The translations under genes were made by a program, and so were the position numbers. Below the pieces are notes generated by a model. It was not told the DNA's origin and made no database searches. It worked only from the letters and a program-made list of their open reading frames with translations. From Bacteroidales bacterium (lineage in GTDB: Bacteria > Bacteroidota > Bacteroidia > Bacteroidales > F082): 58,147 bases of DNA. The stretch's first letter is position 1. Each line of letters starts with the position of its first letter. Shown here in pieces: positions 29,301 to 35,987 of the stretch. The stretch is taken from the NCBI GenBank assembly GCA_027022105.1, contig JALVZH010000301.1:1-58147 (forward strand), read 5' to 3'.

Positions 29301-29740
29301 TAGGGCTTATTTCGCTGGCCGGTGTGGTGGTAAACAATGCCATTGTATTGATAGATTACATTGGTCTTACCAAACTGCGCCGCAAAAAAGAGCTGGGAAT
29401 TGATGAGGATGACGACCTGCCCATGGAAGAGGCCAAAGAGTGCATTGTTACGGCGGGAAAAACACGCTTGCGCCCGGTATTGCTTACGGCCATTACCACT
29501 ATCCTTGGGCTGATTCCGCTTGCCGTTGGGGTGAACATTAACTTTTTAACCCTGCTTCGCGATTTCGACCCGCAATTTTTCTTCGGTGGCGACAATACCG
29601 TATTCTGGGGGCCCATGTCGTGGACGGTGATTTTTGGCCTCACTTTTGCAACATTCCTCACTTTGATTGTGGTTCCTTCCATGTACCATGTTTTGTATGT
29701 GGCCAAAGTGGGATTAAAACGGATGTTTGGTAAAAAGTAG
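26306..29740 (+). CDS. RND efflux permease (AcrB/AcrD/AcrF family)
   Basis: LPKELFPD, GMLVDNAIVVTEN, GVVVNNAIVLID, RLRPVLLT; 1144 aa. Confidence 0.95.
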   Translation: MNQENESDKKVVRNFKLSTWAINNRNTVYLFTLATILFGIISYVSLPKELFPDINIPTIMVNTIYPGNPPIDMENLVTRPLEKEIESVKGIKDVTSISSQDASSIFVEFNTNVDIKKALQDVKDAVDKVKSKGDLPDDLPTDPLVRDIDVSEFPVINVNISGNFSLNELKNFAQDLKDEFETVYEVSKVNITGITEREIKINLNPFKMAAMRVSYKDVENAVKFENMSVSGGEAKIGKIRRSIRIIGEFKDPKEIENIIVKREKGNIVYIRDIANVEYGFKERDSYAFLNKEPVVTLQVVKKSGENLLATIDQVFDILKESRKQHVIPDNLKITITNDQSDIVRKQINNLENSIIMGVLFVVIILFLFLGTRNSLIVGFAIPMSMFMAFMFMGIAHYKINMIVLFALILALGMLVDNAIVVTENIYRFVQRGYKLKDAAIQGVGEVAMPIISSTATTLAAFFPLVFWHSIMGEFMKYLPITLIVVLTSSLLVALVIIPVVILDFYKPGDNNPLPKPKRSLIWALLFLLFSAVAFTVHWNIIGSLLIFAAIITLLNLAFLTRLAILFQKVFLVWLEEVYLKFIRFALHGKNSYGIIGFTFLLMIVTVGFYFGSNPKKDFFPSSDPKLINVIAEMPISTDIEVSDSIMHRFEDKVFRILEPNMNIVKSVLVVTGKGAVGQNEGFRSRGGAPNKGIITINFVDFQQRHGVSTWDIMRQLNDSLVGKYPGINISLEKQREGPPTGSAINIEVSGKEFNELLYLTDTIRELINSKNIPGIEGLKIDLDVGKPELLINIDRDKARRFGLSTGQIGDAIRTALFGKDISDFKEGEDEYKIRMKLDDKYRYNISDLINQRITFRSASTGRIVQVPISAVANIKYSSTYGAITRKDRKRVITIYSNVVKGYNANEINGQIKKILAGFTMPAGYKYSFTGEQKEQADAMDFLSKAMLIALMLILIILVSQFNSFVKPVIIMFSVLLSTIGVFGGLATFHMDFVVMMTGIGLISLAGVVVNNAIVLIDYIGLTKLRRKKELGIDEDDDLPMEEAKECIVTAGKTRLRPVLLTAITTILGLIPLAVGVNINFLTLLRDFDPQFFFGGDNTVFWGPMSWTVIFGLTFATFLTLIVVPSMYHVLYVAKVGLKRMFGKK

Positions 29741-29768
29741 AGTGGGATTGCCACGATAGTTAAACAGC

Positions 29769-29800
29769 AAAAAGCCCCCGAAGATTCGGGGGCTTTTTTT
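29769..29800. terminator. Bidirectional intrinsic terminator
   Basis: AAAAAGCCCCCGAA-GA-TTCGGGGGCTTTTTTT between convergent genes. Confidence 0.88.
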
Positions 29801-29827
29801 AATACTATGTATTGTAGTTATGTTAGC

Positions 29828-30070
29828 TCAGGCGCGGGGAAGCATTCCGTACAATTTTTTCACCGTACGTACCGACAAAGGTTTTACCTTTTCTATCTCT
29901 CTGCCTCCGGCGGCATACCAAAGCTCAACATAAAACTCCCCCAACAAAAACAACTTAACGGAATATTCATTTAATGAACGCTGACCGCATTGCTTTCCGT
30001 TTTTCAGCACACTCACCACCTGCTCGGTTTTGGTAAGCAATTTAAATTGTGTTTGTGTGAGGGTTTGCAT
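29828..30070 (-). CDS. Small hypothetical protein
   Basis: 80 aa, ATG 17 nt after the rhodanese stop; LFLLGEFYVELWY motif. Confidence 0.6.
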   Translation of the reverse strand: MQTLTQTQFKLLTKTEQVVSVLKNGKQCGQRSLNEYSVKLFLLGEFYVELWYAAGGREIEKVKPLSVRTVKKLYGMLPRA

Positions 30071-30087
30071 TTTGTGCTGTTTTGAAT

Positions 30088-30930
30088 TTATTGCTCAAGG
30101 GGCTTATCATAGCTTGCCCATTCAACATAAGCGCCATCGTACAGTTTTACGTTCTCAGCTTCGGTAATATTTTTAAGAGCAACGTACAAAACAGCAGCTT
30201 TTACTCCTGTTTTACAATAAGCTATAATAGGATCAGTAGGACTAATTCCCCTGGAATCCAATATATTCAGAATCTCTTCTTTGCTTTTGAATGCACCGTT
30301 TTCGGTTTGTACCTCATTGAAAGGAATATTCACGGAACCGGGAATATGTCCTTCGCTGTAATCGCCCAGACCTTTGAACTCGTCAACCGAACGGGCATCA
30401 ATTATTTTAGCTTTTGCATTGTTTACATCGTTTATGCCGGCATAAACACTCTTGTCAACATGGGGGGTAAAAGTTGCAGGTTTTACCGAAGGTTTCATTC
30501 CTGTTAACGGTACACGTGCTTTTCTGAATGCAGTCAGATCTTTGTGCAGGATCTTCACGTTTGGCGCACCAAGATATTTGAGTACCCAATAAACCCTTGA
30601 TGAATACTTTTGCGAACCTTCGTCGTAAACAACAATGGTTTTTTTCTCGCTGATGCCTTTCTTACCGAGAATGGCAGCCACATCTGCGGGATTTTTCAGT
30701 AAACCGAAAATTTCCCCCTCTTTATTCAAAATTTTATAAGGAACATTAATGGCATTTTTAATGTGAGTTCTGTTGTAAATATCAGGTTTGCTGGCATCTA
30801 CAACAATGAGGTTTTTATCCGATTTCATTAGTTTCATGAAATCTGCCGCACTGATTATATCGTTTTGTGCGGCAAGCGGCAGAACAGTGATGCCTGCCAA
30901 AAACAGCAATAAAAATTTTATCTTTTTCAT
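30088..30930 (-). CDS. Exported tandem-domain sulfurtransferase (rhodanese)
   Basis: Signal peptide; HIKNAINVP and GHIPGSVNIP; inactive IVVYDEG in domain 1; active AYCKTGVKA in domain 2; LYDGAYVEW. Confidence 0.9.
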   Translation of the reverse strand: MKKIKFLLLFLAGITVLPLAAQNDIISAADFMKLMKSDKNLIVVDASKPDIYNRTHIKNAINVPYKILNKEGEIFGLLKNPADVAAILGKKGISEKKTIVVYDEGSQKYSSRVYWVLKYLGAPNVKILHKDLTAFRKARVPLTGMKPSVKPATFTPHVDKSVYAGINDVNNAKAKIIDARSVDEFKGLGDYSEGHIPGSVNIPFNEVQTENGAFKSKEEILNILDSRGISPTDPIIAYCKTGVKAAVLYVALKNITEAENVKLYDGAYVEWASYDKPLEQ

Positions 30931-30948
30931 TTTTCCGGATTTTTTTAA

Positions 30949-32076
30949 TTAAAACTTAGCTTGTACCTGTATAATAAATACATCGTTGGCATATTCATTA
31001 ACATTGCCGTTTGTCTGTTTTTCGGCATTGTACAGATAGTTAAACTGAATTCTTGTCCAGTCGTTAATGAAATAATTCAAGCCAAAGGTTGTAGTACTTT
31101 GGGGAAAGTTCTGGGTTTCATCCAGCATTTTGTAATCGGTTCCGTCGGGGTCGTAATACTCATACTTAATAACCGGCTGCAAGCGATAAGGGGTCATGTA
31201 CAAAGCCTGAATCATGTATCCCGACTTGTTGTATTCGGGGTAACCGGCATTTACCGATTTTTTGCCGCCGCAGCCGCCGCCACCGGCAATTTCGCCCACA
31301 TCTTTACCCCAAAGATATTCACCCTGCAAAATGAAGTTCCATTTTTCAAAGCTGATATCGGCACCGTATCTTGAGCGGCTTTTCACATTGCCGTTGGCAT
31401 CTTTTTTGCCCCACAGCCCGTAACGAAATCCCGCACCTATTTTCAGAAAGTCAACGGGTGCCACAACTATACGTCCGGCGAGGTCTTTTTGATTGTTGCC
31501 TCCCGGTACATTGTAGGCATCCATTTTCCCCAGTCCCGTACCGTTTAGGATGGAAAGTTTGTACGAAACAATGTCCCGGTCTTTTCCAAAAGACCCCAAA
31601 AGCATAAACTGCAGTTCGCGATAAGGGGAAGCAAGTTGTTCGGACGGTGTGGACCGGTTAATGGTATATAATGCATAACAGGGAGTATTCAACTCCAATC
31701 CGAAAGGGGATTTGAACTGTCCGAACGAAAATTTCAGATATTTTCCAAAGGGAGCATACGAAACAAAAGCGTCCAGCAAAAAAGGATAGCCGTTTTTGTA
31801 AATGGGGCTTAGCTCAAGCATTACATAATAGCTTACATCGTAAGGGATGGTTCCCATAACACCTACACGCGCTCTTCTGAAATAAAACGTGCTCGGTTTT
31901 ACGGCATTACCGTTGTTATCCTGACCGAACAGGTAGTAAGAAAACTCCGGTTGAATGTACCCCATTACCTGTGGTTTACCATCTTCGGAAGGGGTATCGC
32001 AACCCTGTGCCCGCATTGTTTTGGAAATACTAAAAAACAGGCCGATTGACAATATTATTATTAAACTTTTTTTCAT
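30949..32076 (-). CDS. Outer-membrane porin (OprO/OprP-like) with Cys-containing loops
   Basis: Signal peptide, FYFRRARVGVMG, LLDAFVSY, FGQFKSPFGLE, terminal QVQAKF. Confidence 0.85.
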   Translation of the reverse strand: MKKSLIIILSIGLFFSISKTMRAQGCDTPSEDGKPQVMGYIQPEFSYYLFGQDNNGNAVKPSTFYFRRARVGVMGTIPYDVSYYVMLELSPIYKNGYPFLLDAFVSYAPFGKYLKFSFGQFKSPFGLELNTPCYALYTINRSTPSEQLASPYRELQFMLLGSFGKDRDIVSYKLSILNGTGLGKMDAYNVPGGNNQKDLAGRIVVAPVDFLKIGAGFRYGLWGKKDANGNVKSRSRYGADISFEKWNFILQGEYLWGKDVGEIAGGGGCGGKKSVNAGYPEYNKSGYMIQALYMTPYRLQPVIKYEYYDPDGTDYKMLDETQNFPQSTTTFGLNYFINDWTRIQFNYLYNAEKQTNGNVNEYANDVFIIQVQAKF

Positions 32077-32106
32077 GGTTATAAAGTTTTGTTAAACAAT
32101 GGTAAA

Positions 32107-32137
32107 CTGTCTCGAAAAATTCAGGTTTTCGAGACAG
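32107..32137 (-). terminator. Intercistronic stem-loop (attenuator or mRNA-stabilising)
   Basis: 12-bp stem CTGTCTCGAAAA/TTTTCGAGACAG between the rhodanese lipoprotein and porin genes. Confidence 0.6.
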
Positions 32138-32163
32138 CTCCGTATAAATGGTAATGAGAAAAA

Positions 32164-33186
32164 TTACTTTCCGGTTTCGTAAGGATAATCCATTGAATGG
32201 TGCCAGGCCGGTTTTCCGGCTTCGGCAAGTGCCGAATAGTTAAGGTTGTTTACCCCAAACAGAATGCTTTTTGCATTGTAACCCAAAACATTAAGCCAGG
32301 CCGTTACAAATGATGAAGTCTGTCCGGTGTAGCAATAGATAAGGCACTCGTCGGATTGCGGTAATGCTTTTACCAAGTCACCGTCCAACGAAATGGGTTT
32401 AAACTGATAGGCTCCTTTGTAATGTCCGAATGTCAGGTAATCGGTTTCGTCCCAGAAATTATAGATGTTGTAATTTTCGGGAGCGGCCAACGGTTCCGAA
32501 GCGGGTACGTTCCAGGTAGATGTGGAAAGCATTTCATTAACACGCTCTTCCAGCAAAGCGGCACCGTCGGTGGTTGTTGATTCCCAAGCGGGATAGTCGT
32601 TGGAAGGTAAAGGATCGCTGGCATCGGTAACCCAGTTGGGCGAACCTACAGCCTGATCGCCGGCACCGTCCAGGGTTTTTCCCGACCATTTATCGAAGTC
32701 AAGATCGGATGTCCAATATGAAAAACCGAATTTCATTACCTGTGCATCGGAAAAGCCCGACATACGCAATGCCAATACGGCCCTTGCAGCAGTTTGACCG
32801 GTATAACAAACCACCAGAATAGGTTTATCGGTTCCAACCTCTTTTGCTTTGGTGATAACATCGGTAAGCGCAACATTAATTGACCCTTTGATATGTCCTT
32901 TGGCAAAATCGTCGGCTTTGCGGATATCAAATACATAGTACCCCGGAATTGTATAATCGGCGGAATCGACAATGCCACCATCCGAAATAAGTTTGGGGGC
33001 CACAACCCATTTTGTGGGTGTGGTTAACAAATCGGGCAAATCCATACCGTTATCCGTAAGGTATTTGGATAATGTTTCAAAATTCCCTTTGGTTTCGGGT
33101 TCGGGTGTGGTTTTGTCTTTACATCCGGTAATAACAAATGCCGGAAGAATTACGGCTAATAAAAACAGATTCAATAACTTTTTCAT
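32164..33186 (-). CDS. Rhodanese-domain lipoprotein with two CYTGQT motifs
   Basis: Lipobox VITGC; FDIR..DDFAKGHIKGSIN; VVCYTGQTAA and IYCYTGQTSS. Confidence 0.88.
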   Translation of the reverse strand: MKKLLNLFLLAVILPAFVITGCKDKTTPEPETKGNFETLSKYLTDNGMDLPDLLTTPTKWVVAPKLISDGGIVDSADYTIPGYYVFDIRKADDFAKGHIKGSINVALTDVITKAKEVGTDKPILVVCYTGQTAARAVLALRMSGFSDAQVMKFGFSYWTSDLDFDKWSGKTLDGAGDQAVGSPNWVTDASDPLPSNDYPAWESTTTDGAALLEERVNEMLSTSTWNVPASEPLAAPENYNIYNFWDETDYLTFGHYKGAYQFKPISLDGDLVKALPQSDECLIYCYTGQTSSFVTAWLNVLGYNAKSILFGVNNLNYSALAEAGKPAWHHSMDYPYETGK

Positions 33187-33298
33187 TTTTTTAATTTTTT
33201 TGTGAATAATAAAATTTTACTGTTATTTTGTTAACAAATGTAAACTGTCATCCGGGCATTTCGACGGGCATATTCATGTAACTCATCACAAAAAAACA

Positions 33299-33310
33299 TG
33301 TCATATGACA
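33299..33310. promoter_or_regulatory. Perfect palindrome TGTCATATGACA, candidate operator
   Basis: Lies in the divergent intergenic region between the rhodanese operon and crp/fnr. Confidence 0.4.
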
Positions 33311-33386
33311 GAAAAATTTGTTTCTTGTGACAATGTTTTACAATAATTTCTTATTTTGCACTCGGTAATCACTAAACTATAACACA

Positions 33387-34067
33387 TTGCAAGGCAGTTG
33401 TATCGTTGAAAACAAACATTCGGAATGTTTTGAAGTTCTCACCCCGGAAGAGCAAAAACTGTTGGATGAGAATACCATCAATATTACCTACAACAAAGGG
33501 GAAATTATTGCCAAGCAGGGAACCTTTGCCTCTCATATTATTTATTTAAAAGAGGGCTTGGTTAAGGTGTATATGGGAGACGATAATAAAGATTTGATTT
33601 TAAAAATTATTCCGTCGAACCATTTCATCGGGCTGTCTTCCCTGTTTGAGGGGAACAACACTTTTATTTATTCCGCTTCCACCTATGTAAAATCTACCGC
33701 CTCATTGATTGATATTAATTTTTTTAAGCGGTTGATCAGAAGAAATCCCGAGTTTGCCTATAAGATACTGAACATCCAAAACGAGAATGTTGCCCAGGTT
33801 TACGGACGGTTTTACTGCCTTACGCGCAAGCAGTCGTGCGGACTTGTAGCCGATTTGCTGATGTGTCTTGCCACAAGGGTTTTCAAAAGCGAGGAATTTA
33901 TGCTGCCTCTTTCGCGTGCCGACCTTGCCGACCTTACCGGGCTTTCCACCGAAAGTGTTATGAGAATTTTAAAAGAGTTTAAACAAGACAGGCTGTTGGA
34001 GGCAAAAGGCAAGATTATTAAAATTCTTGATAAGGATAAACTGGAAAAGATTAGTAATTACGGTTAA
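33387..34067 (+). CDS. Crp/Fnr family transcriptional regulator
   Basis: YNKGEIIAKQG, GLVKVY and LSRADLADLTGLSTESVMRILKEF HTH; five Cys. TTG start is uncertain. Confidence 0.92.
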   Translation: MQGSCIVENKHSECFEVLTPEEQKLLDENTINITYNKGEIIAKQGTFASHIIYLKEGLVKVYMGDDNKDLILKIIPSNHFIGLSSLFEGNNTFIYSASTYVKSTASLIDINFFKRLIRRNPEFAYKILNIQNENVAQVYGRFYCLTRKQSCGLVADLLMCLATRVFKSEEFMLPLSRADLADLTGLSTESVMRILKEFKQDRLLEAKGKIIKILDKDKLEKISNYG

Positions 34068-34081
34068 AGAGTGACCCTGAA

Positions 34082-34452
34082 TTGCGGCAGGGATGGGAGC
34101 AGCTTGCGAAGGCGGCGGGCAATGTGTAGCAGGTGGCGGAGGCTGAGCGGTGAGCGAAGACCCTGCAGCCGTATAAATCAATCTTCTATTTTTAAAGATA
34201 AATATTCTGAGCCGGAAAATGAATATCTTTTTTAATAAACCCACCCCTACCCCTCCGAGGAGGGGAATTATGGAATTCATTTTCCGGCTCAGAATATTTT
34301 TCACATATGATTACTTTTATTTAAAACATTTTAGCCGAACAGCCTTGCCGGCGAGGACTACAAGCGGACAGTACTTGCGATGCCAAAGGCATGCAACTGC
34401 AAATCTGCAGATTGCGATACCTGCCGGCATGCAACTGTAAACCCGGCCGTCC
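34082..34452 (+). repeat. Repeat family B copy 2, interrupted by a family A element
   Basis: 34082-34172 and 34349-34452 match consecutive parts of copy 1. Confidence 0.85.
34200..34299 (+). repeat. Repeat family A copy 2
   Basis: Perfect 25-bp inverted arms (34200-34224 / 34275-34299) around the same core as copy 1. Confidence 0.9.
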
Positions 34453-34561
34453 AAAAAAACATACATCTTTGACAGACTAATAAAACAGAACTTATCCGGT
34501 GTAATTTTACCACCATTAAATATTCCAAATAACGGTATCTTTGCAGCGCAAAAAAGTGAAT

Positions 34562-35833
34562 ATGACTGCAAAAGATATAGAGATAATGGCACCTGTGGGT
34601 TCGTGCGAATCGTTGATGGCGGCAATACAGGGCGGTGCCGACTCGGTTTATTTCGGTATTGAGAATCTGAATATGCGTTCGCGTTCTTCCAAAAACTTTA
34701 CGCTGGACGATTTGGTGAAGATATCGCAAATATGCCGCGAAAACAATATCCGTTCGTACATTACACTAAACACCGAAATATACGACCATGAGCTTCCGCT
34801 GATGCGCAAAATTGTGGATGCAGCCAAAGAGAACAACATCACCGCGGTTATTGCTTCCGACCAGGCGGTTATCCAGTATGCCTTTTCCAAAGGTGTTGAG
34901 ATACACATGTCAACACAAACCAACATTACCAATATTGAAGCGGTTAAGTTTTATTCGCAGTTTGCCGATGTGATGGTTACCGCCCGCGAGCTGAGTCTCG
35001 ATCAGGTGAAGGCCATTACCACCGCTATTCGTGAGCAGGACATCAGGGGGCCCAAAGGCGAATTGGTTCAGATAGAGATATTTGCCCACGGCGCCTTGTG
35101 TATGGCGGTTTCGGGGAAGTGCTACCTCAGCCTCGACAACCTCAATTCGTCGGCCAACAGGGGTGCCTGCCTGCAGCCGTGCCGCCGGAAATACACCGTA
35201 AAAGATACCGAATCGGATTTGGAACTGCTTGTTGACGGCAAGTACATTATGTCGCCCAAAGATTTGAACACCGTTTCGCTGTTAGACAAAATGTTGGATG
35301 CCGGAGTGCGGGTGCTGAAATTAGAAGGGCGCGGTAGATCGGCCGATTATGTGAAAACCGTTGTCAGGGTCTATCGCAAAGCCGTAAATGCCTATTTTGA
35401 AGGGAAATACAATCAGGGCAACATTGATGTTTGGAACAATGAGCTCGGGAAAGTATATAACCGCGGTTACTGGGAAGGCTATTATATGGGCAGAAAAATG
35501 GGCGAGTGGACCGATGTGTATGGCAATCAGGCCACCGAAAGAAAGTTGTATGTGGGTAAGGTTACCAACTATTTCAGCAAAATAGGGGTGGCCGAAATTA
35601 AGGTGGAGGCGCAGGATTTGCTGTTGGACGAAGAGATAAAAATCATCGGCCCCACCACCGGAGTTTATGAGGGTAAAGCCGGTGAAATAAGGCTTGATTT
35701 GGAACCGGTGCTGAAAGCGCCCAAAGGGTCGGTTTGCTCCATTCCCGTATCCCAACAGGTGCGCAGGGGCGATAAACTTTATAAAATAGTAACCGTTAAC
35801 CGGGAAAATGAAGCGGTATTGCAGCAAAAATAA
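34562..35833 (+). CDS. Peptidase U32 family protein (TrhP-like tRNA hydroxylation protein)
   Basis: EIMAPVG, GADSVYFG, HMSTQ, HGALCMAVSGKCYLS, NRGACLQPCRR, LKLEGRGR. Start at ATG 34562 after TATCTTTG (34536-34543). Confidence 0.92.
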   Translation: MTAKDIEIMAPVGSCESLMAAIQGGADSVYFGIENLNMRSRSSKNFTLDDLVKISQICRENNIRSYITLNTEIYDHELPLMRKIVDAAKENNITAVIASDQAVIQYAFSKGVEIHMSTQTNITNIEAVKFYSQFADVMVTARELSLDQVKAITTAIREQDIRGPKGELVQIEIFAHGALCMAVSGKCYLSLDNLNSSANRGACLQPCRRKYTVKDTESDLELLVDGKYIMSPKDLNTVSLLDKMLDAGVRVLKLEGRGRSADYVKTVVRVYRKAVNAYFEGKYNQGNIDVWNNELGKVYNRGYWEGYYMGRKMGEWTDVYGNQATERKLYVGKVTNYFSKIGVAEIKVEAQDLLLDEEIKIIGPTTGVYEGKAGEIRLDLEPVLKAPKGSVCSIPVSQQVRRGDKLYKIVTVNRENEAVLQQK

Positions 35834-35987
35834 ATCTGCGGTTTGTCCGTTTTCAACAGGATACTGTCCGTTTTTGCTTATATTTGTGTTTTGCTTCAAA
35901 ATCGCAGCAGCAAAAAATATTTAAGATCAGCAAATTACCTCATATGGTATAGATTATGTTTCACAAAAAAATTTTAATTTTAAACAG

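Noticed and set aside
30088-33186. Selenocysteine recoding in the rhodanese/porin genes
   Set aside because: All three ORFs appear complete, end in TAA, and have Cys codons at the active positions.
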